A stretch of 36,741 bases of DNA from a virus (Duplodnaviria; Caudoviricetes): the IMG/VR virus record IMGVR_UViG_3300014775_000538, positions 1 through 36,741 of that record; one strand, 5' to 3'. Both the position numbers and the translations under genes were made by a program. Within the stretch, counting starts at the first letter, position 1. Every line of letters starts with the position of its first letter. The notes below the pieces were generated by a model, which saw only the letters and a list, made by a program, of their open reading frames with translations, had not been told where the DNA came from and did not search any database. Below, piece by piece: positions 17,667 to 26,531 of this stretch.

Positions 17667-19780
17667 TATCTACGTCCGTCCGGTTTTATATCAACCCTTG
17701 GAGACCCCAAACGCCAAGCCAATCCCGTTTGATCCCCAGATATCTTGAAGGCCATCGATCTGCCCCGTAACCGAACATCCACCTCATTCGTAAACTGCTC
17801 TACCGGCACAGAAGCGCTCTTTACCACCGAACTGTCAGTGGTTTTCGAGTAATTAGCTCCGGGGAAATTACGAACCTCTAAAGTCATCGTGGCCGTAGGA
17901 GAATCATTCGTACTGTCTCTAAACGTCATATCAGGAATCAAACGACGGATAAACATAAACCGATCCCCATCCCCGATGTCTATCTGGCTGCTTTCAATGT
18001 ATGAAGAAATAGCCGCAGCCGGAGACACACTACCGTCATCCAACCCAAACTCCTGATAATACAAAGCGTGATCCGTACTCGCGGCAATCGGATATGATTC
18101 CACGCCACGATCCATCCACGCAGTACGATCTAAGGTGCCGTAATACCAGATATTCTGCTGGTAGTTGTAAACCACGTAACGATCACACTCCGTGCTAGAA
18201 GCTGATGGATAGAACCACCATACCTCCGAATACGCAGTATTAGTCGAAGCCACAACCTTTGAAAACTGACCCTCATTAAGATCACTAAATACGTAATCAC
18301 GAACCGTACAAGGAATCCTTTGTACCGCACCGCCATAGACATAAAACTCTTCTTGACCCATCCAAAATACGTTGTCCTCTACCGAAGCTACCGCCAAAGG
18401 ACCCGCAATCGTAAGGTTCTCAGAAATACTGTTAATACCAAAAGTAAACGGAGGACCTAAATACTGCATCGCATGTAACGACACGTCCGTAAACACCAAA
18501 AGCTGTTGCCTCGTCTCAATCGCCGTAACAATCTCGGACCCCGATCCAATCCTCAAATCACCCGCCGTATTAGTCGCAGTAGCGGACCAATCTGTCAAAC
18601 TCTCTTGGTCAGAAAAACGAATCAACAACGGATCTTGCGTTCCAATATCGTTTTCAGGATCACAACCAAAAGCAATCACATGACGATCTCTATCAGAAAT
18701 CAAAACCTGTTTGGCAACAGTAGGAGTAGTATTAGCACCAGCTAACGAGGATAAAGCCACAGCACGGTTAGATAAGCCAGAGGACTTGTCCCAGTAGTAA
18801 ATACCGCTATCTCTAACGTTAATTAATAAATCTTCACCGAAGTTATCGTGAGTCCAAATCTGTAACTGTTGACCTGCAACCGTAATTGACGAAGAAGATC
18901 CCCACGAACCACGGGACCATGCACCCGCACCCCAGCCCGTTCCATTAACAGAACTGTCTAATCCAGTATTAATCTGATAAGCGCCAACTATACTTGATCC
19001 GCCATTTCCGGTATCAGAAGCACTTGCAAAAACATAAGTAGGATCTAACCCAGAACTTGTCGTAATGCTATCTATAGTCGATACTTCTCTAGCCTCTATC
19101 TGATAGCTATTGTTATCGATAACGTGCGTGATTTGATATTCTTGGTTAAGAACATCCGCTGTTATTTGATCTCCTAAAGTTACTGCACCGGAAAACGTTA
19201 CAAAATCAAAGTCTAAAGCCCCGTGAGAACTATCCGTGACAATGATCGTTGCACAAGTTACCGCATCTCCAGAAGTATGAGCCGCCGCTGTTGTTCCATC
19301 AACTCCTCGTATACAACCCGTTAAGGTATTAGAAGAAACGGCATCATAAGTGATAATTTCACTATTTATCTTAATGGTGCCGTTACTGGGAAAGCCCGAA
19401 GCACTCGTCAACGTGATGGTTAGATCGCCAATTCCAACGTTTGCGCCTAATGTATTAGCTGACGCAGAAAACGTGACGTCCCCAGCTGCCGTTGTTTCTC
19501 GAATAGGCGTTATGTCGGTGTAACCGCCGCCTTGGTTGATGTAATACTTTAAATTAGTCCCTACACCAATATAGCGGCTACCGTCTAAAGCTACCCAAGG
19601 GTGCAGCGCACGGCAAGACCCTAAAAAATAAAAATTAGACAGTTTAGACCAACCCCCTATCTTTTCTGGAAATCCAAAACGGAACCTGACCTTGTCACAA
19701 TCAAACCATCCACCTTCGTTGGTGTAGGACGTTGTTTCTCGGTTAACACCTGGTTTAAACTGTAACTTTGTTAGTGGCAT
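17666..19780 (-). CDS. Head-closure/packaged-DNA stabilisation (tail nozzle, P22 gp10-like) protein
   Basis: 704 aa beta-rich protein with FKPGVNRE, PEKIGGW, IRFSDQE, EVWWFYPS and YVVYNY motifs, located before the ejection genes. Confidence 0.7.
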   Translation of the reverse strand: MPLTKLQFKPGVNRETTSYTNEGGWFDCDKVRFRFGFPEKIGGWSKLSNFYFLGSCRALHPWVALDGSRYIGVGTNLKYYINQGGGYTDITPIRETTAAGDVTFSASANTLGANVGIGDLTITLTSASGFPSNGTIKINSEIITYDAVSSNTLTGCIRGVDGTTAAAHTSGDAVTCATIIVTDSSHGALDFDFVTFSGAVTLGDQITADVLNQEYQITHVIDNNSYQIEAREVSTIDSITTSSGLDPTYVFASASDTGNGGSSIVGAYQINTGLDSSVNGTGWGAGAWSRGSWGSSSSITVAGQQLQIWTHDNFGEDLLINVRDSGIYYWDKSSGLSNRAVALSSLAGANTTPTVAKQVLISDRDRHVIAFGCDPENDIGTQDPLLIRFSDQESLTDWSATATNTAGDLRIGSGSEIVTAIETRQQLLVFTDVSLHAMQYLGPPFTFGINSISENLTIAGPLAVASVEDNVFWMGQEEFYVYGGAVQRIPCTVRDYVFSDLNEGQFSKVVASTNTAYSEVWWFYPSASSTECDRYVVYNYQQNIWYYGTLDRTAWMDRGVESYPIAASTDHALYYQEFGLDDGSVSPAAAISSYIESSQIDIGDGDRFMFIRRLIPDMTFRDSTNDSPTATMTLEVRNFPGANYSKTTDSSVVKSASVPVEQFTNEVDVRLRGRSMAFKISGDQTGLAWRLGSPRVDIKPDGRR

Positions 19781-19801
19781 AGCGCTTATAAATAAATTAA
19801 G

Positions 19802-19966
19802 TTACCAAGGAACGCCTGATTGTTGTGTAGGTGCTTTTTGTGCTTGAACATCGTTGTAAACCTTTTCTTGAAGTTCTGTCACTCTATCTACACCTAAAGC
19901 ATCTTTAACACCACCATCCGCAGTGTTACGTTCTAGGTTAGCGATAGTCCATGTAAATGTTGCCAT
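19802..19966 (-). pseudogene. Internally deleted tail-fibre accessory protein (54 aa, not in ORF track)
   Basis: SD AAGGA. Translation MATFTWTIANLERNTADGGV-KDALGVDRVTELQEKVYNDVQAQKAPTQQSGVPW keeps both termini of a ~100-aa phage family I recall, but lacks its middle. Confidence 0.6.
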
Positions 19967-19977
19967 TTTTATATTCC

Positions 19978-20433
19978 TTAAGGTTTAGTAGGCCATTCAA
20001 CAGACTCAGGAAAGCCTGCTTGTAATGTAATGTCTCGTAGTGCTTGACGGTATGCAGCTTGTTCTGCTTTCATAGTTACATCAGACAATGCCCACCAATC
20101 GGTTTCAGCAATCAATTGATTACGCTCCATACGAATTGCTTCGGCTTTACCTTCTGGTGATGAAGCGTATGCTTCTGCTTCTTCTTGTAGACGAGCAGCT
20201 TCAGCATCTTCTTCTGCAAGTTTAGTAGACATTGCAGTAGCCTTGTCACTTGCCCAAGCAGGTAACGATGCAATTTCTTTGTTTGGAGTGTTATCAACAA
20301 ACTCAATCTCACCAGACTCGCCATTCCACTGAACAGCTTGTACGTTTTCTGGTACGCCTGTCATATCTTGCTCATCATGGCCGCGACCATCAACATGAAC
20401 TAATCCCATGTCACGGATAATTGTTAAACGCAT
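19978..20433 (-). CDS. Tail fibre assembly chaperone-like protein
   Basis: C-terminal RxERNQLIAETDWW...YRQALRDIT...WPTKP signature; N-terminal AVQWNGESGEIEF domain. Confidence 0.8.
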   Translation of the reverse strand: MRLTIIRDMGLVHVDGRGHDEQDMTGVPENVQAVQWNGESGEIEFVDNTPNKEIASLPAWASDKATAMSTKLAEEDAEAARLQEEAEAYASSPEGKAEAIRMERNQLIAETDWWALSDVTMKAEQAAYRQALRDITLQAGFPESVEWPTKP

Positions 20434-20442
20434 AATCTCTCC

Positions 20443-21003
20443 TTATGCTAAGTAATACCAACCAGTAGCTATGTACTTGGTGCAAGTGTAAACGGGGTTG
20501 CCACGGTGCGTGTGAGTCCATCCCGCCGGAAAGAATACAACCGTACCTTTCTTAGGCTGAACACGAACACCTTGCTCAATAAACTCAGTTAAGCCTTCGC
20601 CCTCTACTGTATCGTTAAGGTAGATCATCCACACTAAACAACGAGAAGCACAAGAACCCTCTGATCCCTGCTCCGAGTGCCAACGGTGAAATCCACCCTT
20701 TGGTGGTGAGCGCTGAACTTTTACACATTGTGAGTAGAACTGATTCATACCCAATGCAGGATGCTCGTCCATGTACCGAGCCAATGCGCCATCTAGCACT
20801 TGATTTGTCTCTTGTGCTAATGACTGACAGTCGCGCTCGAAGTAAAACGACACATCTTTACGATTCTCTAGTCCACCATTGGCTTGTTCGCCACGGTCAG
20901 CATGACCCGATGATGTAGTGTCTAGCTCTTCAAGGCGCGCAATCATGCGATCACAATAATCATCAGATGCCGCGCCTTCGTATATTGCTATAAAGTTACT
21001 CAT
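20443..21003 (-). CDS. 2OG-Fe(II) oxygenase (prolyl-4-hydroxylase-like)
   Basis: FHRWHSE (HxE), WMIYLND, GxTEF, PKKGTVVFFP, THTHRGNP and KYIATGW motifs. Confidence 0.9.
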   Translation of the reverse strand: MSNFIAIYEGAASDDYCDRMIARLEELDTTSSGHADRGEQANGGLENRKDVSFYFERDCQSLAQETNQVLDGALARYMDEHPALGMNQFYSQCVKVQRSPPKGGFHRWHSEQGSEGSCASRCLVWMIYLNDTVEGEGLTEFIEQGVRVQPKKGTVVFFPAGWTHTHRGNPVYTCTKYIATGWYYLA

Positions 21004-21319
21004 CGTTATTCACCAGTTTGATGATATTTTCAGGTGTGCCGTTCTGAATCTCCATAGATGCTAGTAATAACTTCTGTGATTCCTGAGCACCTTTAACCAT
21101 CTCATTACGGAATGATTCAACAGCCGCGCCCGTTTGACGAGATTGTGCCGCATTCTCAACCAATAGCATAGGTGTCCACGCAATGGCACAAGCGTAGTCA
21201 TCGACCTCTTTTCCAGTGTTAGGGTCAGCACCCCGCATGTGAACGAACCATGCACAGTCTAATTGCTTGCACGGCTCAAAGTTATTTAACGGGCAATTGC
21301 TTTTAACTTCTAGCTTCAT
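20996..21319 (-). CDS. Cys-rich conserved protein downstream of the tail fibre
   Basis: CPL...C...CAWF...GxDPNTG...CAIAW...GAAVESFRNE pattern. Confidence 0.7.
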   Translation of the reverse strand: MKLEVKSNCPLNNFEPCKQLDCAWFVHMRGADPNTGKEVDDYACAIAWTPMLLVENAAQSRQTGAAVESFRNEMVKGAQESQKLLLASMEIQNGTPENIIKLVNNDE

Positions 21320-21321
21320 AA

Positions 21322-22935
21322 TCAGTCTTTAGTTGCGATGATTAGGTCAACGTACTGCACGTTAATAGCTGCTGTAGCGGATGATAGCGAACCTGCTAAG
21401 TTACCTGCTGATGGAGCACCGTTAAGCGTACCAGATAGGTTGTGGCTGTGATTGTGAGCACCGTTGTTGCCTGTGCTGGATGTGCTCATTGTGGTAACAG
21501 AGCCACCAGTCCATTGTGCTGATGCATAATTCCCGTTAGGTGTGTTCACAGGCTTCATTCCGTATTGCAAATGACTATGTGACGGAATCGTATTCACACT
21601 AAGCGTAGTATTGGCAATGTTACCAGACACGCTAACCGCCAAGTTACCCACATCAGGGTCACCGTTAATGCCAACAGTACCACTTACCGTAGGAGTACCG
21701 AACGCAGTAGAGAACGCTGTAGTACCGCCTGAGCTTGCTGTACCAGATACCACACGCAGAGCCTTATCGTTGTGCGTAGTCTGCTTAGTCCAGCCAGTAG
21801 GTGCAGATGTCTGTTGAAACAGCATTGCAGTGCCTGAAGGAAACGGATCAACACCAGTTAATCCAGAACCATCACCACTAAACGAAGTAGCTGTAACTGT
21901 GCCTGTTACGTCAAGTGCTGTAGCAGGACTACTCGTCCCAATACCAACTCTGTTATTTGTAGAGTCAACCGCAAGTGTGTTGGTGTCTACTGTTAAGCCG
22001 TCAGAAACTACAGTACCCGTTACGTCAACGCCTGTTGCGGTTGTGGCGAGTTTAGCGGAATTGCCATAATAAGCTGTTACAGCACCGGTTGATTGAACCG
22101 CCGTTAAATAGCGTGTAGTAGCATCAGCCCCTCTTAAGGTTAAATCTTCTCCTTGAATAAATAGACTTCCTGTACCAGCCTCAGCTATAAAACTGTCAGT
22201 TCCCGAATGATAAATCTGTAGATCAGACCCAGCACCAAAAATAGCTTTTGAGTTATCCGCAAAAGTAATATCGTCTGCCGCCGAAACAGCTATATCTGTG
22301 CCACCGGTGGTGTTTCCGTTAGCTAATATCTCAGCAAGTGTATCTACGGTGCCAACCTGACTGTCTACATACGCTTTAATAGATTGTTGCGTAGCCAGCG
22401 CAGTGGCGCTGTCAGAACCCATGTTGTCTTCATCAAGTATTGAGGTAACCGATACAGAACCCAACCGAAGGCTATCAAAATAAGCGTTGTTAAAAACATT
22501 AGCTGCAACAGCACCAGTCCCGGCACCGTCGAAATAGACAACGGCAGTTGTTCCTGAAGGTATCTCATAGTCGTTCGACGCATTGTAAGTCCCTTGAAAA
22601 ACTAAAATGCTTCGGCTTCCAGAAAGATTATTCCGGATGTAAACAATCTTTTCCGCATCGTTAGGCGTCAATTGAACGTAAGCTGTAGCGCCTAAATCAG
22701 AACCGTCATTAAAAATAATCAAGCGGTTTCTACCATCAGAGGACGTTCCATCTACAATATCTACATTATTTGGAGATCCACTGGTACCCGCACTTGGCAA
22801 AGTAATAGTTACTTGACCATCTAAAGACGTATCAATTAAACTTAAGTTAGTATTAGTGGTATCTCCCCAAGTGCCAGATTGTTCTCCGGTAGCAATTAGC
22901 TCAATACCATTGTTTGTTGTATAAGAACTAGGCAT
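21322..22935 (-). CDS. Tail fibre protein
   Basis: N-terminal anchor GEQSGTWGDTTNTNL, LATQQSIKAYVD, FGAGSDLQIYH, RVGIGTSSP, collar-like FPSGTAMLFQQTSAPTGW and HxH tip motifs. Confidence 0.85.
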   Translation of the reverse strand: MPSSYTTNNGIELIATGEQSGTWGDTTNTNLSLIDTSLDGQVTITLPSAGTSGSPNNVDIVDGTSSDGRNRLIIFNDGSDLGATAYVQLTPNDAEKIVYIRNNLSGSRSILVFQGTYNASNDYEIPSGTTAVVYFDGAGTGAVAANVFNNAYFDSLRLGSVSVTSILDEDNMGSDSATALATQQSIKAYVDSQVGTVDTLAEILANGNTTGGTDIAVSAADDITFADNSKAIFGAGSDLQIYHSGTDSFIAEAGTGSLFIQGEDLTLRGADATTRYLTAVQSTGAVTAYYGNSAKLATTATGVDVTGTVVSDGLTVDTNTLAVDSTNNRVGIGTSSPATALDVTGTVTATSFSGDGSGLTGVDPFPSGTAMLFQQTSAPTGWTKQTTHNDKALRVVSGTASSGGTTAFSTAFGTPTVSGTVGINGDPDVGNLAVSVSGNIANTTLSVNTIPSHSHLQYGMKPVNTPNGNYASAQWTGGSVTTMSTSSTGNNGAHNHSHNLSGTLNGAPSAGNLAGSLSSATAAINVQYVDLIIATKD

Positions 22936-22980
22936 TTGTTATATCCTTTACGAAGATCTCTTATATTAAAATAAAAATAA

Positions 22981-23844
22981 TTATGCCGCTATAGGCAACC
23001 ATTCCGGCAATTGGCTCGGAGTTATACCGCCCCATTCTGGCGATTGGTCTGGGGTTATATTTCCCCATACTATAACATTTCCTACCGCAGAAGTGGCCTC
23101 TAATCCGATAGGATTTACCGTCGCTCCCTGAATTACAGTAACCGATCCAACAATCCCGGTAGCGTATGTTCCAGTAACATTTGAAACAGCACCGGCTGAA
23201 ACGGATACGGACCCTACAGATGTTGTAGATTCTATTCCTGTAGTCGAAACGTTAATAGGTATAACTGCGGTAAGCGTCCCAACCTCAGACTGAGCTTCCA
23301 GCCCTGTAACATTTATGTTTGTAATGCTGGTTACAGATACTGTACCAACCTCGGTGGTAGACGAAACCCCGGTAACAGAAGCGTTTATATTTACACGAGC
23401 GTCAACGGTTCCTACCGCAGATGTCGCCGCTATTCCGGTAACAGAAGCGTTTGAATCCCCATTAACGGTAACAGACCCTTCACTAGAAGTAGCTTCTAGC
23501 CCTGTTACAGAATAAGCAAAAGCAACCGAAACACTTCCTACCGAAGGTGTAGCGCTTAGTCCGGTTGCAGAGGCAATAGAATCGCCAGTAACGCTTACAT
23601 CATTTATAGCCCCGGTTGCTGACAATCCAGTAAGATTTACCGTGGCTGTTTGAGTAGCCTCTACAGTTCCTACTGACGTAGTTGCTTCTAATCCAGTTTC
23701 CGGAACGTTAACATCCGCGGATACCGTAACAGAGTTTATTCCCGAGCTTGCTCCAGATACCGCGACGTTGTTACCCCAGGTTGAATCCCCCCACGCTTGA
23801 GTAGAGGAATTCCAACCTCCAAGGCCAACAACGACCCCGGCCAT
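22981..23844 (-). CDS. Ser/Thr/Val/Gly-rich repetitive virion protein
   Basis: About 10 repeats of VTGxxATxxVGxV, with Trp-Gly motifs at both ends. Confidence 0.75.
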   Translation of the reverse strand: MAGVVVGLGGWNSSTQAWGDSTWGNNVAVSGASSGINSVTVSADVNVPETGLEATTSVGTVEATQTATVNLTGLSATGAINDVSVTGDSIASATGLSATPSVGSVSVAFAYSVTGLEATSSEGSVTVNGDSNASVTGIAATSAVGTVDARVNINASVTGVSSTTEVGTVSVTSITNINVTGLEAQSEVGTLTAVIPINVSTTGIESTTSVGSVSVSAGAVSNVTGTYATGIVGSVTVIQGATVNPIGLEATSAVGNVIVWGNITPDQSPEWGGITPSQLPEWLPIAA

Positions 23845-24290
23845 TAGGCAATCCTAATTATCGCATTACTAGAGTCAGCAGTAGGGAAAACGATAGTGAA
23901 ATCGCCAGCACTTGAAGACTTGTCCGAGCCAAAGTCCAAAACAATCACCGCAGGGTTGGTAAGTGCAATAGACGTGGTGTTAGGCGTAGTGTTATAAATT
24001 AAAGCGCCACGCGCCGTAACAGTAGCTGTTGAAAACGTAAGATCGGCAAAGTCAGTAAATGCAGTTGTGCCGCTGCTTGTAGGATCTACGTTTGTTAAAG
24101 CCCCGCCACCGGCGGTGTATCCAGTTCCACTAGCTTCATTTGTGGCGGAATAAGCAGTTGTACTAGCATCTAAAGTAGCGGACGAAGTATAAAGCGCCAA
24201 CTTGAAAGTGTCTGCGCCGTTTGCAAAGTCGTGTGCACCAAACATAAGCTCCTTTTTAAAGGACGTGCACATAGCTTGTGTAATAGCCAT
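23844..24290 (-). CDS. Putative virion structural protein
   Basis: MAITQAMCTSFKKEL...FKLALY...GYTAGG...ARGALIYN...VLDFG pattern in the structural operon. Confidence 0.7.
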   Translation of the reverse strand: MAITQAMCTSFKKELMFGAHDFANGADTFKLALYTSSATLDASTTAYSATNEASGTGYTAGGGALTNVDPTSSGTTAFTDFADLTFSTATVTARGALIYNTTPNTTSIALTNPAVIVLDFGSDKSSSAGDFTIVFPTADSSNAIIRIA

Positions 24291-24291
24291 A

Positions 24292-24594
24292 TCATAATCT
24301 CCTTATTAAATCTGCCAATTCTGGGTGTCCAGAATCAATCAAAACATTGTAAATGGTGGTTCTATCACTTTTAATCGCCTCCTTCATGTAGAAAGAAATA
24401 ACTTTTTGAAGATGACTTTTAAAAGCTCTAGCCTGATCCCGTATGACAGGATCCGCGCTGTCCGAGATAGATATAATTTTATCAGAACACCGCGATGCAA
24501 CTTCATCTGGAGTAAATCCCCTTTTATCCGTAGTTTGTACTTCTACAGTAAATTCTGGATTTACGTTCATATTTAATGCGGTTGTGGTAATCAT
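24292..24594 (-). CDS. Hypothetical protein
   Basis: Coupled ORF (ATGA overlap) in the structural operon. Confidence 0.65.
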   Translation of the reverse strand: MITTTALNMNVNPEFTVEVQTTDKRGFTPDEVASRCSDKIISISDSADPVIRDQARAFKSHLQKVISFYMKEAIKSDRTTIYNVLIDSGHPELADLIRRL

Positions 24595-25241
24595 TGTTTT
24601 GGCCTAATCACTTTTCCAGTTCGATACTCATCCGTAACTTCTTTGGCTTCCCCGAACATCTTCATACCCATAATCGCTTCAGCAAAACGCTTTTCATATA
24701 AAGAAATTAAATCCGGCTCGCCTTTCATGTAAGTATAAGCTTCTAACAGGCTTCCATAAAGCATTGCGATCTGAGCATTGTCACTTAACCAAGTTGTACC
24801 GCTATCCGACCCCGCTGTTAAACTTGCAGGACGATAAAAATAATGTAGCTCTACTGTGTAATTGCTGTCGGGAGTTGGTCCTATAATAAAGTTGCTGATA
24901 TCAAAAACAGCATAGTATCTAGGCGTTCCTGTGTCTGTCGCGTCCGGATTAAAAGACTGTATAAAATCTGCGTCTTTAAACTCTAAAAACACATGATCAT
25001 TGCTTCCGTTTACAAACGATAAAGATAATGGAGCTAAAAAATCACTAGGAGCCGCCAAATATTTGTTAGAGGATGTTAAGTTTCCGCTAACATTTTTTCT
25101 AAATAAGCTCAATTGAACGTTTTTTAGAATACGCTCTTCCGCCTGCTGTATGAAAATAGGCAAATTATTTACAAAAGATGTCTCAGTGTTTTCAGTGTAA
25201 TCCTGAATAGCTGTTTTTAATTCTGCGTATGTAAAACTCAT
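24591..25241 (-). CDS. Head-tail adaptor / tail tubular protein
   Basis: TYAELKTAIQDY, FIQQAEERI, GTPRYY, GPTPD and LYGSLLEA motifs. Start at 25241 (ATGA overlap). Confidence 0.72.
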   Translation of the reverse strand: MSFTYAELKTAIQDYTENTETSFVNNLPIFIQQAEERILKNVQLSLFRKNVSGNLTSSNKYLAAPSDFLAPLSLSFVNGSNDHVFLEFKDADFIQSFNPDATDTGTPRYYAVFDISNFIIGPTPDSNYTVELHYFYRPASLTAGSDSGTTWLSDNAQIAMLYGSLLEAYTYMKGEPDLISLYEKRFAEAIMGMKMFGEAKEVTDEYRTGKVIRPKQ

Positions 25242-25543
25242 GATGTCGTCACCGTGACTGTACCAACCTGACAAATCCCACTAGCAGGTCTTAAGTTTTC
25301 ATTTTCTACTGTTGGAACTCCAACATACACATCCATTGGTTCTATTCGATCTGGCCTAGCATTCTGTAGTGCTTGTGGGTCAACAACCTTTCTAAAAGGA
25401 CCCAACTGAGGATGTTTTGGCTCATACTCATCCGGGCCAACCAACAAGCCATTCCACTCACGGCGCATGACTTTATACGGATAACGGAATCCCGATCTAT
25501 CCGAAATAGCCCACGAATCTTTGCCTGAAGCAAACTTAGCCAT
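25238..25543 (-). CDS. Conserved hypothetical protein
   Basis: AISDRSGFRY...EWNG...EPKHPQL pattern; translationally coupled. Confidence 0.7.
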   Translation of the reverse strand: MAKFASGKDSWAISDRSGFRYPYKVMRREWNGLLVGPDEYEPKHPQLGPFRKVVDPQALQNARPDRIEPMDVYVGVPTVENENLRPASGICQVGTVTVTTS

Positions 25544-26214
25544 CAGCCTGACCTATAATAACTAAACTTAGGAACAACGTTAAAAGAAGCACGATCACGA
25601 TCTTCTTCGGCTGCCCTTTGAAATTCTTCTTCATAAACGGCCTTTAGCATCTGGGTTCTCTGCGGACTTTTCTTTAAAGAAAGATAATATGCAAGACCCG
25701 CCGCTAAACAGGGATAAAACCTAAAAGGTAAATCCAAAGTATTGGTAAAGGTATCCGCATCGTCCATTCTGGTCAATGCGTCATAATAAACAGTGTAAGA
25801 CGTAGAGCTATCTGGAACGGGCCATATCTTCAAGTTCGGTGTTAGCTGACGGTCCAAAAAGAACTGATTAGGTCTACCCGAAGTAGTCTTGGTAGGAATA
25901 GTCAAATACTCATCCCGACTCAATCTTTCCATTGAGTAATCTGTACCAGATACTCTAACGACTACTGACAAAACATCAATTACATCGGTGCTTAGGTCAT
26001 ATTCACCATCATTTGCAACAAGTGCTAAAGAACGTTGCTTAATCGTCCATTGATTAAGACCACGATTAGCCCAATCTGCCAGCATCAGATTTAAAGAACG
26101 TTTAGCCGTTTTTAGATCGTAACCGGTCCTAACCTCCAAGCCACAACGCTCAAAAGCTTCTTCGATGTAATCTGCTACATCTAATTCAAAGTCTTTACTT
26201 CCTGAAGTAGCCAT
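25543..26214 (-). CDS. Head-tail adaptor / connector-like protein
   Basis: IEEAFERCG, AKRSLNLM, WANRGLNQW, GRPNQF, IWPVPD and LAAGLAYY motifs. Confidence 0.72.
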   Translation of the reverse strand: MATSGSKDFELDVADYIEEAFERCGLEVRTGYDLKTAKRSLNLMLADWANRGLNQWTIKQRSLALVANDGEYDLSTDVIDVLSVVVRVSGTDYSMERLSRDEYLTIPTKTTSGRPNQFFLDRQLTPNLKIWPVPDSSTSYTVYYDALTRMDDADTFTNTLDLPFRFYPCLAAGLAYYLSLKKSPQRTQMLKAVYEEEFQRAAEEDRDRASFNVVPKFSYYRSG

Positions 26215-26216
26215 AT

Positions 26217-26531
26217 TTAAACAATCTTAGTAGTTCTTTTCCTATTTGGCATGATAGCACCACAACCTGAAGCTACCACACCGCCATATTTCATCTTTCT
26301 AACTTTAGCTTTTTGGGTGTTAGAAACCACCTGCTTACCTTTGGCCCCTTCCCGTTTCTTTTTCCTTGCGGTAGAAGCTCTTTCACCTTTACTTAAACTT
26401 TGCGCTTTTGCCTTTGGCAAACAACGATCTGGATTCTTTTTGTTCTTAGAAGTGCCGCAGGCTCCTGCGATGTTTCCAGAACTATCTATGCGAACCCATT
26501 CTTCATCGACCCATTCTTGTAATTTTCCCAT
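26217..26531 (-). CDS. Small basic protein with C-terminal MKYGG motif
   Basis: Lys/Arg-rich; WVDEEWV, CG...RCLP and MKYGGVVASGCGAIM. Confidence 0.7.
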   Translation of the reverse strand: MGKLQEWVDEEWVRIDSSGNIAGACGTSKNKKNPDRCLPKAKAQSLSKGERASTARKKKREGAKGKQVVSNTQKAKVRKMKYGGVVASGCGAIMPNRKRTTKIV

